A stretch of DNA of 64,000 nucleotides, taken from positions 2,656,001-2,720,000 of the forward strand of contig OY969934.1 in NCBI GenBank assembly GCA_963704725.1. The letters run 5' to 3'. Below are positions 17,276 through 31,286 of this stretch, one piece after another; positions within the stretch are counted from its first letter, which is position 1, and each line of letters begins with the position of its first letter. The notes beneath the pieces were generated by a model. It was given only the letters and a program-made list of their open reading frames with translations. It had not been told where the DNA came from and ran no database searches. Origin of the DNA: an uncultured Actinomycetes bacterium (GTDB lineage: Bacteria > Actinomycetota > UBA4738 > HRBIN12). The translations under genes were made by a program, and so were the position numbers.

Positions 17276-19996
17276 ATGGCCATGGCCGCCTTCCCCGACC
17301 ATCTCGTTTCCGACGTCGTGCTCCGGGACGGCTCGACCGTTCGCGTCCGCCCGGCCCGGCCCACCGACGCCACACGCGTCGAGGACTATCTGATCGGGCT
17401 ATCGCCCGAAACGAGGCGGCTCCGGTTCTGGTCCCAGGCCATCGACGTCCGGGCCCTCGCCCGCAAGATCGTCGACGTCGACTACGACGACCACCTCACG
17501 CTGCTCGTCCTGCAGGGCGGCGACGAGGGCCGCATGGTCGGCGGCGCCCAGTACATCCGCATCGAAGGCGGCCGGGCCGAGGTGAGCCTGTCGGCCGCCG
17601 ACGAGTTCCAGGGCAAGGGGATGGGTTCGATCCTGCTCGGGCAGATGGCCCAGGAGGCCGCCCGCCACGGCATCTCGACGTTCGTGGCAGAGGTCCTGCC
17701 CGAGAACCACAAGATGGTGAACGTCTTCCGCGCGAGCGGCTTCACGGTCTCAATCCGCGCGACCCCCGGCTCGATCGAGGTCGAGTTCCCGATCCTGCTC
17801 ACCGAGGATGCCGTCGAGCGCTTCGAGGATCGCGAGACCCAGGCCGCCGTGAATGCCATGCGCACGTTCCTGCGCCCCGGTTCGGTGGCCGTCATCGGGG
17901 CGTCGCGGGACTCGTCGACGATCGGCGGACAGCTCTTCCACAACCTCCTGACGAACGAGTTCCACGGCCCCGTCTACCCCGTCAACCCGAAGGCGGACGT
18001 GGTGCACGGCGTCGTCGCGTATCCGTCCATCAAGGACATCGCCGGAGAGGTGGACGTGGCCTTCGTCTGCGTGCCGGCGGCCTACGTGGCGGGGGTCGCG
18101 CGCGAGTGCGGCGAGAAGGGCGTGCGAGGGCTCGTCGTCATCTCCTCCGGGTTCAGCGAGGTCGGGGGCGACGGGCCGAAGCGCCAGGACGAGCTCGTGG
18201 AGATCGCCCGCGCGTATGGGATGCGGATCATCGGACCGAACTGCATGGGCATCGTGAACACGTCCCCGGAGATCCGGATGGACGGGACGTTCGCGACCGT
18301 CTACCCGCCGCCGGGCCGCGTGGGGTTCCTGTCCCAGTCCGGCGCCCTCGGTCTGGCGGTCATGCAGTACGCGACGGAGCTGGACCTGGGGCTCTCCTCG
18401 TTCGTGTCGATCGGCAACAAGGCGGACATCTCGGGCAACGATCTCGTCGCCTACTGGGACGAGGACGGCGAGACCGACGTGGTGCTGCTGTACCTGGAGT
18501 CGTTCGGCAACCCCCGCAGGTTCGCGCGGCTGGCCCGCGACGTCAGCCGGCGCAAGCCAGTCATCTGCGTGAAGTCTGGACGGAGCGCGGCCGGGGCTCG
18601 CGCAGCGGCCTCCCACACCGGCGCGCTGCTCGCGGCGTCCGACATCACCGTCGACGCGCTGTTCCGCCAGGCCGGCGTGATCCGCACCGACACGCTCGAG
18701 GAGATGTTCGACGTCGCGACGATCCTGGCGAACCAGTCGGCGCCCAAGGGCGATCGCGTGGCGATCGTCACCAACGCGGGCGGCCTGGGGATCCTGTGCG
18801 CGGACACGTGCGAGGGGAACGGTCTGCGGGTCCCACCGCTCTCGGACGAGACGAAGGCGACGCTGCGCACGTTCCTGCCGGCCGAGGCATCCGTCGAGAA
18901 CCCGGTCGACATGATCGCCTCGGCCACCGCGGAGGACTACGAGCGGGCCATCGAGACCGTCGCCGCCGACCAGGAGGTCGACGCGGTCATCGTGATCTAC
19001 ATCCCGCCGCAGGCGACGAAGGCGGTCGAGATCGGCCATGCCATCGTCCGGGCCATCAACGAGGTTGGAGGGCGCATCCCGATCGCGACGACGTGGATGT
19101 CGACGAAGGGCTTGCCTCAGGAGCTGCAGGAGGCCGGGACGCGGATCCCATCCTTCGCCTTCCCCGAGCAGGCCGCGATCGCCATGGCCCACGCGGCCCG
19201 CTACGGCCGGTGGCGCGAGCGCCCGATCGGCTCGATCCCCCGGTTCCACGACACGAACACCGACGAGGCCGTGGCCGTCATCGCTGCCGCCCTGGGACGG
19301 GCGGACGCCGGATGGCTCACGGCGGAGGAGGTGGAACGGCTGTTCGCCTGCTACGGGCTCCGAACCGCCCGATCCGAACGGGTCGCCACGGCGGAGGAGG
19401 CCGGGGACGCCGCGTCGCGGATCGGCACCGCGGTCGCGATCAAGGCCTTCGGACCGGACATCGTCCACAAGACCGAGGTCGGGGCTGTAGCGCTGGGCCT
19501 GTCGGGGCCCGCCGAGACCACGTCGGCGGCCCGGCAGATGGCCGAGCGCGTCGCGGCCGCGGGGCTGACGCTCGAAGGCTTCCTCGTCCAGGAGATGGTG
19601 CAGGAGGGCGTCGAGATGCTCGTGGGCGTGGCGCACGACCCCCTGTTCGGCCCCGTGATCGCCTGCAGCGCGGGGGGCACCACCGTGGAGCTGGTCCGGG
19701 ACGTCGCCGTGCGCCTGACGCCGATCACCGACCTGGACGCGGGCGAGATGGTGCGATCGCTGCGGACCTTCCCGCTCCTGGAGGGGTTCCGCGGCGCGCC
19801 GAAGGTGGACGTCGCCGCCCTGGAGGACGTCCTCCTGCGCGTGAGCGAGCTCGTCGAGAACCACGCGGGGATCGCGGAGATGGACTGCAACCCGGTCATG
19901 GTCCTGCCCCGCGGGGCGCTGATCGTGGACGCGCGGGTCCGGGTGCAGGAGGGGCCGCCGCTGAAACCGCTCGCTGCACGCGCCGCGGCGGGCTGA
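17276..19996 (+). CDS. GNAT / acetate-CoA ligase (ADP-forming) fusion, Pat-type acetyltransferase
   Basis: N-terminal GNAT (QGKGMG), CoA-binding 'VAVIGASR', 'GPNCMG', 'SQSG', 'AASHTGAL', C-terminal ATP-grasp 'HKTEVG', 'EMDCNP'. Confidence 0.9.
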   Translation: MAMAAFPDHLVSDVVLRDGSTVRVRPARPTDATRVEDYLIGLSPETRRLRFWSQAIDVRALARKIVDVDYDDHLTLLVLQGGDEGRMVGGAQYIRIEGGRAEVSLSAADEFQGKGMGSILLGQMAQEAARHGISTFVAEVLPENHKMVNVFRASGFTVSIRATPGSIEVEFPILLTEDAVERFEDRETQAAVNAMRTFLRPGSVAVIGASRDSSTIGGQLFHNLLTNEFHGPVYPVNPKADVVHGVVAYPSIKDIAGEVDVAFVCVPAAYVAGVARECGEKGVRGLVVISSGFSEVGGDGPKRQDELVEIARAYGMRIIGPNCMGIVNTSPEIRMDGTFATVYPPPGRVGFLSQSGALGLAVMQYATELDLGLSSFVSIGNKADISGNDLVAYWDEDGETDVVLLYLESFGNPRRFARLARDVSRRKPVICVKSGRSAAGARAAASHTGALLAASDITVDALFRQAGVIRTDTLEEMFDVATILANQSAPKGDRVAIVTNAGGLGILCADTCEGNGLRVPPLSDETKATLRTFLPAEASVENPVDMIASATAEDYERAIETVAADQEVDAVIVIYIPPQATKAVEIGHAIVRAINEVGGRIPIATTWMSTKGLPQELQEAGTRIPSFAFPEQAAIAMAHAARYGRWRERPIGSIPRFHDTNTDEAVAVIAAALGRADAGWLTAEEVERLFACYGLRTARSERVATAEEAGDAASRIGTAVAIKAFGPDIVHKTEVGAVALGLSGPAETTSAARQMAERVAAAGLTLEGFLVQEMVQEGVEMLVGVAHDPLFGPVIACSAGGTTVELVRDVAVRLTPITDLDAGEMVRSLRTFPLLEGFRGAPKVDVAALEDVLLRVSELVENHAGIAEMDCNPVMVLPRGALIVDARVRVQEGPPLKPLAARAAAG

Positions 19997-20003
19997 CGCC
20001 GGC

Positions 20004-20837
20004 TCAGCCCGGCCGGACCACCAGGACCGAGCAGGGGGCGTGCTGCGCGCAGTACTCGCTCACGCTGCCGAGCAGGACTCGGCGCACTCCGCTCAGCCCG
20101 CGATGGCCCACGACGAGCAGATCGGTCTCGCCACCGCTCGCCGCCTTCACGAGCGCGTGCTCGGGACGTCCCATCGCCACGTCCCGAACGGGGACGACAC
20201 CGCGCGAGGTGGACGCGAACACCGCCGGCTCGAGCTCCGGCGGCGTCGGCTCGTCCTCGTCGAGCGTCCACTCGTTGTCGTCGCCGCGAAAGACCGGGAT
20301 GACGTGCACCAGGCGCAGCTCGGCGCCGGCGGCGGCGGCGATCCCCGCGGCCGCGGCGGCGGTGTCCGCCGAGGCATCCGAGCCGTCAACGCCGCACGCG
20401 ATGCGGCGCGGGAACTCGGGGCCGGCCGCCCGCGCGACGAGAACCGACGCGCGAGACTCGCGCAGGACGTGCGCCGCCACCTGTCCGATCCGGATCGCGC
20501 CGCCGATGAGGCCGGCGTCGGGCCCCACGCAGATCAGGTCGGCGCCCTCCGCGACGGCCTCCTCGAGCAGCGTCCGGGCGGGGTCCCCCGCCAGGATCCG
20601 CGCGTCGACCGTCGCGCCGGCCTCCGCCGCCAGCACGGACGCGCGCGCCAGGGCGTCCTCGGCCTCGCGCTCCACGTCGTCGCGATGGGCACGGCCGGTG
20701 TCGACGACGAAGACGGCCTCGAGCGCGGCGCCCGTGGTCGAGGCGAGCCGCGCCCCCTGACGGACGGCCTCGTCGGCACGCGGGGACCCGTCGGTGGCCG
20801 CCAGGATCCGGGAGGGGAGACCGGGGCTTCCCGTCAA
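20004..20837 (-). CDS. Tandem universal stress protein
   Basis: Two USP domains ('ILAATDGS', 'IACGVDGS', 'LLGSVSEYCAQHAPCSVLVVR'); TTGA overlap with the upstream gene. Confidence 0.88.
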   Translation of the reverse strand: MTGSPGLPSRILAATDGSPRADEAVRQGARLASTTGAALEAVFVVDTGRAHRDDVEREAEDALARASVLAAEAGATVDARILAGDPARTLLEEAVAEGADLICVGPDAGLIGGAIRIGQVAAHVLRESRASVLVARAAGPEFPRRIACGVDGSDASADTAAAAAGIAAAAGAELRLVHVIPVFRGDDNEWTLDEDEPTPPELEPAVFASTSRGVVPVRDVAMGRPEHALVKAASGGETDLLVVGHRGLSGVRRVLLGSVSEYCAQHAPCSVLVVRPG

Positions 20838-21544
20838 CGAGAGACCTTCGGCACGATCGTCGTCCAGGGCAGAGGCAGGTCCGAGGGCGGCGCCGTGTCG
20901 TCGGTCAGGTAGGTGAGACGGTGCTCGAAGGCGACCACGCCCTCGGTCGAGAGCACGAGGCGCTCGAGGACGGGGATCAGGCTGCGACGCTCGAGCTGCC
21001 CTTCGATCGTGACGACGCCGTCGCGGACCACGGCCCGGATCGTATCCGGATCGATCCACAGCGTCCGCCGGATCACGTCCTCGCGGATCTCGTTCGCGAT
21101 GTCGGCGTCCTCGCGGAGGAACACCTTGAGCAGGTCCGTGCGGGACACGATCCCGAGGATCGCGCCGGAGTCAGGGTCCACCACCGGGAGCCGTTTCACG
21201 GTCCGGCGGTGCATGAGCCGGGCCGCCTCGCCCAGGCTCGCGTCCGGCCCGACGGAGATCACGGGCACGCTCATCACCTCCGAGGCGACGAGCCCCGCGG
21301 CCTTGGAGCGGTCGTGCCGGCGGTGGACGCCCTCGAAGAGGTGGGCCTCCCCCTCCAGCTCCGGGTCCTCCTTCAAGATGAGGTCGCCCTCGGAGACGAG
21401 CCCGAGCACCCGCTGGTCCTCGTCGACGACGGGGACCGCGCTCACCCGGTACTCCTGCATGCTCCGCACGATGTCCTTGAACGGCGTGAAGGCGTTCACG
21501 GACACGACGGTGCGGGTCATCACGTCCGAAACGGTCCGCTTCAT
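20834..21544 (-). CDS. CBS-domain plus BON-domain protein
   Basis: 'VSDVMT', 'VSAVPVVD', 'VSEGDLI', 'VKRLPVVD', 'GIVSRTDLL', 'VRDGVVTIEG'. Confidence 0.88.
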   Translation of the reverse strand: MKRTVSDVMTRTVVSVNAFTPFKDIVRSMQEYRVSAVPVVDEDQRVLGLVSEGDLILKEDPELEGEAHLFEGVHRRHDRSKAAGLVASEVMSVPVISVGPDASLGEAARLMHRRTVKRLPVVDPDSGAILGIVSRTDLLKVFLREDADIANEIREDVIRRTLWIDPDTIRAVVRDGVVTIEGQLERRSLIPVLERLVLSTEGVVAFEHRLTYLTDDTAPPSDLPLPWTTIVPKVSR

Positions 21545-21712
21545 CGTCCGTCCCCTTCCACGAGGGAGTGGTGCTCAGGCTCACGGTAGGCCTGTGCTCG
21601 ATCGGCCCCCACGGCCGGAGGACCCTCGTAGGCACGGCCGCGGCCCGACGCGGGCGGGCCGCAGGTCCCGAACCCGCACGGGCCGTTCGGCGCGCGCTAC
21701 GCTTCATGGGGA

Positions 21713-23314
21713 ATGGACCGGCGCAACCGACTGATCCGATCCGGCCTCGCGATCGCCTCGGAGCTGAGCCTCGAGGTCGTGCTCCAGCGCATCGTGGAGG
21801 CGGCCGCCGAGCTGACGGACGCGCGGTACGGCGCCCTGGGGGTCCTGGGATCCGACGGGCGGATCGCCCAGTTCGTGACCACGGGGGTGAGCGCCGAGGA
21901 GCGGGCCCGGATCGGCGATCCGCCCACCGGCCACGGGATCCTCGGCCTCCTGATCCGCGAGGCGCGCCCCCTCCGGATCGCCGTCCTCGCGGACCACCCG
22001 CTCTCGTACGGCTTCCCCGAGAACCATCCCTCGATGACGTCGTTCCTCGGAGCTCCGGTGACCGCCCGGGGACGGGTGTTCGGGAACATCTACCTGACCG
22101 ACAAGCAGGGCGCCGAATCCTTCGACGCGCAGGACGAGGAGTCCCTGGAGATCCTGGCGGCCCAGGCGGGCATCGCCATCGAGAACGCGCACCTGTACGA
22201 GGAGTCGCAGGCTCGCCAGCGCTGGCTGGCCGCAACCGCCGAGATCGCCAGCGCGATCCTGTCCCGCTCCCACCCGGAGGAGGCGCTGCAGCTGGTCACG
22301 TCCAGGGCGCGCGAGCTGGTGAAGGCGGACCTGGCCTGGGTCGTGACCCCGGAGCCGGGCGGGATCCTTCGCGTGGCGTTCGCCGACGGCGCCCGGGCGG
22401 AATCGATCCTGGGGATGGCGGTCCCGCTCGAGGGCTCGATCTCCGGCGAGGTGGTCCGCACCGGCCATGCCGTGGTGGTCACCGACCCCAGGCAGGACGA
22501 GCGGGCGTTCCTTCCCATGGTGGAGGCCGGGAACACCGGACCCGCCGTCATCCTCCCGCTCACCGCGCACGGGCGGGCGTTCGGGACCCTGGCCGCCGCC
22601 CACGAGCCGGGCGAGGGGTTCTTCGACGACGACCAGGTGCGCCTGCTCGAGTCCTTCGCCGATCAGGCGGCGCTGGCGCTCGAGTACGGGCGGGCCCAGC
22701 GGGAGGCGGAGCGGCTGGTGGTGCTCGAGGATCGCGAGCGGATCGCCAAGGAGCTCCACGACGGCGTGATCCAGGCGCTGTTCGCCGTGGGGATGGGGCT
22801 GCAGGGGACGGCGCTGATGTCGGGCGACGACGAGCTGTCGACCCGGATCGAGGGCGCGGTGGGCGAGCTCGACCGCGTGATCCGGGACCTCCGCAACTAC
22901 ATCTTCGGGCTGCGGCCGGGGATCCTGGCCGATCGCCAGCTCGACAAGGCGCTGCGGGCGCTCGTCGAGGAGTTCCAGAGCCGGAGCGGCGTCGTGACGA
23001 TCATCGAGCTGGACGAGTCGGTGGCCTCGGAGATCTCCCCGATGGCCGCCGACATCGTGCAGCTCACCCGCGAGGCGCTGTCGAACGTTGGGCGCCACGC
23101 CTCGGCGACGACATGCCGGGTCTCCCTGTCGCAACGTGACGGGACGGCGGTCTTGGTGATCGACGACGACGGGAGCGGGTTCGACCCGGACACGGTGCGT
23201 CGCGGGGACGGCCTCACGAACCTCGAGGAGCGCGCCGAGGCCCTGGGCGGGAAGGCCTTCATCGAGTCGGCTCCCACCCAGGGCACCACGGTGCGGATCG
23301 AGCTGCCCCTGTAG
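21713..23314 (+). CDS. GAF-GAF sensor histidine kinase (DosS/DevS-like)
   Basis: 'ARYGALGV', 'GFPENHPSMTSFLG', HisKA_3 'ERIAKELHDGVIQ', 'EALSNVGRHA', 'DDGSGF'. Confidence 0.92.
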   Translation: MDRRNRLIRSGLAIASELSLEVVLQRIVEAAAELTDARYGALGVLGSDGRIAQFVTTGVSAEERARIGDPPTGHGILGLLIREARPLRIAVLADHPLSYGFPENHPSMTSFLGAPVTARGRVFGNIYLTDKQGAESFDAQDEESLEILAAQAGIAIENAHLYEESQARQRWLAATAEIASAILSRSHPEEALQLVTSRARELVKADLAWVVTPEPGGILRVAFADGARAESILGMAVPLEGSISGEVVRTGHAVVVTDPRQDERAFLPMVEAGNTGPAVILPLTAHGRAFGTLAAAHEPGEGFFDDDQVRLLESFADQAALALEYGRAQREAERLVVLEDRERIAKELHDGVIQALFAVGMGLQGTALMSGDDELSTRIEGAVGELDRVIRDLRNYIFGLRPGILADRQLDKALRALVEEFQSRSGVVTIIELDESVASEISPMAADIVQLTREALSNVGRHASATTCRVSLSQRDGTAVLVIDDDGSGFDPDTVRRGDGLTNLEERAEALGGKAFIESAPTQGTTVRIELPL

Positions 23315-23324
23315 CGCTCGCGGA

Positions 23325-24695
23325 TCACTGCACGACGAGCGCGGTGACCATCCCGAACATGCCCTGCGGCCCCTCCACGTGCGGCAGGATGTGGCAGTGG
23401 AACGCCCACACGCCGGGGTTGTCGGCGTGCACGAGCACGTCGAACCGCTGGCCGGGGGCGACCATGATCGTGTCGGCCAGGTACCGGTTGGCCCGACTGA
23501 ACGCGTAGCCGTCCTCGGCGACCACCTCGAAATGGAAGCCGTGCAGGTGCATGGGGTGGATCATCGCGCCGTCGTTCGCGATGTGGATCAGCACGTCGTC
23601 GCCGAGCTGGGCCACGATCGGCTGGGTCGCGGGGAAGCCCTTGCCGTTGAGCACGTAGCCGAACGGGCCGTCGCCGAGGAACAGCGTGCTCTCCACCTCG
23701 ACCTTCTGGCCGTAGACGGAGCTCCAGTCGCCGTTCGGCGGATCCACGTAGAGCGCGCCGTACAGACCCTTGCCCACCTGCTCGGTCGAATTGAAGTGGG
23801 AGTGGTAGACGTACATCCCCGGCGGATCCACGATCGGGAACTCGTACGTGAAGAAGCCGCCCGGCAGGATGGGATCCTGCGTGATGTAGGGCACCCCGTC
23901 CATGTCGTTCGGCACTTCGAGACCGTGGAAGTGGACGGTGGTGGGCTGCGACATCTCGTTGCGCACCACGATCCGGACCTTGTCGCCCTGGTTCACGTGG
24001 ATCTCGGGGCCGGGGACGGTCCCGTTGAAGCCCATGGCGTCCACGAAGACGCCCGGGGAGGTCTCCCATCGGACCTCCTGGACCGTGAGCTCGAAGACCT
24101 TGACGCCGTTCTCGATCGTGGGCTCGAGGACCTGGTTGCCTTGGCCCTGCGTCTGGGCGGGGAACGCCTCCATCGCCGCGCGGTGGCCGTCGAGCATCTC
24201 CTGGCTGCTCATCCCGGCATGCGAGCTCATCCCGGGCATCGAGCCCGAGGAGCCGGAGGCCCCGCTCGCACCGGCCGCCACCACGCCTCCGGAGGAGACG
24301 GTCAGCGAGCCGACCATCCCGAGGTCGGCGTGGCCGGCGATCGTGCAGGAGTAGCGGTAGTCGCCCGCGTCGAGCCCCGCGACCTGGAGCGTCTGCGTCT
24401 CGCCGGGCTGCAGCTCGCGGGTCTGCTCGACGCCGCTCCCCGTGTCGACGGCGAAGGTATGGGCGGCCGTGCCGTCGTTCGAGACGTCGAACGACAGGGT
24501 CTGCCCGGAGGGCGCGTCGATGTGGGCCGGTGTGATCGCGAACTCGGTGAGCGAGACGGCGAACGAGGCCGGCGCCGCCTGGGTACCGTCGCCCTCCTGC
24601 GTCCCTCCCCCGTCACCGCCGCACGCCCCGGCCGCCAGCATCAGCACCGCGGCCGCGGCCCCGACCGCGAACGCCTGGACCCGCCTCGTCGTCAT
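23325..24695 (-). CDS. Lipoprotein: cupredoxin plus two-domain multicopper oxidase
   Basis: Lipobox AAGAC; cupredoxin 'CTIAGHADLGM'; 'VHFHG', 'YHSH', 'HPMHLHG', 'FHCHILPH...GM'. Confidence 0.88.
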   Translation of the reverse strand: MTTRRVQAFAVGAAAAVLMLAAGACGGDGGGTQEGDGTQAAPASFAVSLTEFAITPAHIDAPSGQTLSFDVSNDGTAAHTFAVDTGSGVEQTRELQPGETQTLQVAGLDAGDYRYSCTIAGHADLGMVGSLTVSSGGVVAAGASGASGSSGSMPGMSSHAGMSSQEMLDGHRAAMEAFPAQTQGQGNQVLEPTIENGVKVFELTVQEVRWETSPGVFVDAMGFNGTVPGPEIHVNQGDKVRIVVRNEMSQPTTVHFHGLEVPNDMDGVPYITQDPILPGGFFTYEFPIVDPPGMYVYHSHFNSTEQVGKGLYGALYVDPPNGDWSSVYGQKVEVESTLFLGDGPFGYVLNGKGFPATQPIVAQLGDDVLIHIANDGAMIHPMHLHGFHFEVVAEDGYAFSRANRYLADTIMVAPGQRFDVLVHADNPGVWAFHCHILPHVEGPQGMFGMVTALVVQ

Positions 24696-24813
24696 CGAGC
24701 GTCTCCTTCCGTCGTGCGTCCATCGCATGGCGGTAGATGCAACGAGATCGGGAGCGACGCGCTGAGGGCCGGACGGCCCGTTGCGGCCCGGGCGGACGGC
24801 CCCGCGCGGGCGT

Positions 24814-25209
24814 TCAGGCCAGGGTACGGACCGCGGCGACGAGCTCGTCGTGGCTCGGGTGGCGATGGAGCCTGCGCAGCTGGCCGGGGACGTCGTCGCC
24901 CGGGTGCGAGCCGAGCGCGACGACGCGGTGGCCCGACATCAGGTACAGGCCGAGCAGCTCCTCGGCCGGCGTCCCCATGACCACTCCCTCGCTCTGCAGG
25001 CTCATGTCGAGGACGACCAGGTCCGTCTCGGCGGCGAGGGGACACGTCCCCCCTCGCGCTCCGACGCAGGTGTAATCGGGCTCGGTTGGGCCGGGGCAGA
25101 GGACGACCTCGAACCCCTCGCGCTCGAGCCAGCCGCCGAAACGGGCGCGCTCGAGGGGATCCGCCTCGACGATCAGGACGCTGCCGCCCGTGTCCGCCCC
25201 CTCGGCCAT
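24814..25209 (-). CDS. Small receiver-like protein with Cys-rich insert
   Basis: 'VLIVEAD...GFEVVLCPGP..YTC......CPL...DLVVLD'. Confidence 0.6.
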   Translation of the reverse strand: MAEGADTGGSVLIVEADPLERARFGGWLEREGFEVVLCPGPTEPDYTCVGARGGTCPLAAETDLVVLDMSLQSEGVVMGTPAEELLGLYLMSGHRVVALGSHPGDDVPGQLRRLHRHPSHDELVAAVRTLA

Positions 25210-25319
25210 CCGGCCAAGCATGCGCCGACCGGTCGGCCCGGTCGCCGGCTTCGGGTCCCTCGCCGGTGAGGCCCTTCGACCCTGAGTGGCCTACGCGCGG
25301 GACGCCCATCCTAGGTCGC

Positions 25320-25790
25320 ATGTTCGTGCGCTACTTCCTCGACCTGACCGTCCCGTTCGAGGCGGTGGAGGGATCCCTCCTGGACCACTCGGAGACCTGG
25401 GTCCCGGGCCTGCTCCGGGCGGCCGAGGATCGGGGCGAGCGGCTCCTGGCCGAGGTGGGGTTCGCCGTGGAGGCCCGCCGGATCGACAAGGAGGTGGAGA
25501 TCCGGCTCGGTACGCCCTACCGGATCCCGTCCAAGACCCTCCTGCCGATGACGTGGAGCGCGACCGGGGCCGAGCGGATGTTCCCTCAGCTCGACGCCGA
25601 CATCGAGGTCGCCGCGCTCGGGCCGAAGCGGACCCAGCTCTCGATCAGCGCCAGGTACCGCCCGCCGATGGGAGCGGTCGGCCGCGCGCTGGATCGCGCC
25701 ATGCTCCACCGGGTCGCGGAGGCCACCATCAAGGACTTCCTCGACCGGGTCGGCGAACGGATCCTCGCTCACGAGACGACGACCGCCTGA
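25320..25790 (+). CDS. Conserved hypothetical protein (SRPBCC-like fold suspected)
   Basis: 'FPQLDADIEV...YRPPMGAVGRALDR..LHRVAEATIKDFL'; good codon bias; upstream of the response regulator. Confidence 0.65.
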   Translation: MFVRYFLDLTVPFEAVEGSLLDHSETWVPGLLRAAEDRGERLLAEVGFAVEARRIDKEVEIRLGTPYRIPSKTLLPMTWSATGAERMFPQLDADIEVAALGPKRTQLSISARYRPPMGAVGRALDRAMLHRVAEATIKDFLDRVGERILAHETTTA

Positions 25791-25807
25791 GCGGTAGGAT
25801 TCGCCCC

Positions 25808-26488
25808 GTGACCGAGAAGGCAACGAAGCTCCCACCCCTGCGCGTCCTGCTCGTCGACGACCACGAGGTCGTCCGGAGCGGGGTGAAAGCCCTGCTCCAG
25901 GCCACGGAGGACATCGTCGTCACCGCCGAGGCCGGCTCCGTCCGGGAGGCCGTCGACGAGGCCGACCGCACGCGCCCGGACGTGGTCGTCATGGACGTCC
26001 GGCTGGCCGACGGCAGCGGCATCGAGGCGACGCGGGAGATCCGGGCCCGCCACCCCAAGACCCAGGTCGTGATGCTGACCTCGTTCGCCGACGACGAGGC
26101 GTTGTTCGCCTCGATCATGGCCGGAGCCTCCGGGTACGTCCTGAAGCAGGTCAAGGGCGGCGAACTCGTGCGGGCGATCCGCACGGTGGGCAAGGGCGAG
26201 AGCCTGCTGGACCCGGCCGTGACGAGCGCGGTGCTCGACCGCCTCCGCAAGGGCAAGCACCTGCTCAAGGACGAGAAGCTCGCCCGCCTGTCCCCGCAGG
26301 AGGAGCGGATCCTGTCGCTCGTGGCCGACGGCAAGACGAACAAGGAGATCGGCGACGAGCTGAACCTGGCCGAGAAGACGGTCAAGAACTACGTCTCCAG
26401 CATCCTGTCCAAGCTCGAGGTGGCCCGGCGCGCCGAGGCCGCCGCCTACCTCGCCCGCCACACCACCACACCCGGCACCCAGGGCTGA
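25808..26488 (+). CDS. NarL/LuxR-family response regulator (DosR/DevR-like)
   Basis: 'LVDDHEVVR', 'VMDVRL', 'LTSFADDEALFASIMAGASGYVLK', 'AEKTVKNYVSSILSKL'. Confidence 0.93.
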   Translation: MTEKATKLPPLRVLLVDDHEVVRSGVKALLQATEDIVVTAEAGSVREAVDEADRTRPDVVVMDVRLADGSGIEATREIRARHPKTQVVMLTSFADDEALFASIMAGASGYVLKQVKGGELVRAIRTVGKGESLLDPAVTSAVLDRLRKGKHLLKDEKLARLSPQEERILSLVADGKTNKEIGDELNLAEKTVKNYVSSILSKLEVARRAEAAAYLARHTTTPGTQG

Positions 26489-26622
26489 GCCGCGCCCGGC
26501 AGGGGGCCGAACGACCGCCTCTCGGCACGTCCGGCATGGGTCGAACGGCCCCGGTCCGCCCATCTCCGTCGCGCAAGCATGGGTCGAGACTCTGCAGGTA
26601 TGGCGATCACGGGGTGAGGTGG

Positions 26623-30248
<3,626 letters not shown>

Positions 30249-30252
<4 letters not shown>

Positions 30253-31286
30253 CGGCCGACCTTCGGACCACGTACCTGGGACTCTCCCTGTCCAACCCGC
30301 TCGTGCCGTCGGCCTCAACGCTGTCCTCGCGCATCGACAACTTGAAGCGCCTGGAAGACGCGGGTGCCTCGGCCATCGTCATGCAGTCGCTGTTCGAGGA
30401 GCAGATCGAGCACGAGGAACTCCAGATCCACCGCATGCTCGAGACCGGGGCGAACAGCAACCCGGAGTCGCTGACCCACTTCCCCGAGCTCGAGGACTAC
30501 AACACCGGCCCGGATGAGTACCTGCGGCACCTCGAGTCCTGCAAGAAGGAGCTCGAGATCCCGGTGATCGGGTCCCTGAACGGCTCCAGCGACGGTGGAT
30601 GGATCCGCTACGCGAAGCTGATCCAAGAGGCCGGCGCCGACGCCCTGGAGCTGAACGTCTACTTCGTCGCGGCCGATCCGGACGAGAACGGGTGGCAGGT
30701 CGAGCAGCGGTACCTCGAGCTGGTGCGCACGGTCAGAGACAGCGTGACGATCCCGCTCGCCGTCAAGATCGGCCCGTACTTCTCGTCCGTCGCGAACATG
30801 GCGCGCCAGCTCACCGAGGCGGGGGCGGACGGGCTCGTGCTCTTCAACCGCTTCTTTCAGCCGGACATCGATCTCGAGACGCTCGAGGTGGATCCCACGC
30901 TCCACCTGTCGACCTCGGACGAGATGCGGCTGCCGCTTCGGTGGATCGCGATCCTGCACGGGCGCGTCCCATGCTCGTTAGCGGCCACGAGCGGCATCCA
31001 CACGGCCGAGGACGCGGTGAAGCTGCTGCTCGCCGGCGCGGACGTGACGATGATGGCGTCCGCCCTGTTCCAGAACGGCCCCGAGCACCTGGCCACCGTG
31101 CTCACCGGCCTCCGGGAGTGGCTCGACGAGTACGGCTACCTCTCCGTCGAGCAGCTCAAGGGCAGCGTGAGCCAAGCCAACGTCGCCGATCCGTCGGCGT
31201 TCGCGCGGGCCAACTACATGCGGATGCTCGTGAACTACTCGAGCCCGTACGACTGGCGTGAGATCCCGGGGTCCGTCCAGGCCTAG
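30249..31286 (+). CDS. Dihydroorotate dehydrogenase-like flavoprotein (PFOR-associated)
   Basis: 'TTYLGLSLSNP', 'SLFEEQI', 'ALELN', 'LVLFNRF.QPD', 'LLAGAD', 'RANY'; GTGA overlap with nifJ. Confidence 0.88.

Noticed and set aside
23325-24695. Calling the copper protein nirK
   Set aside because: The type-1 Cys is in the last domain and the HxH motifs of a trinuclear cluster are present, which fits a two-domain oxidase rather than NirK.
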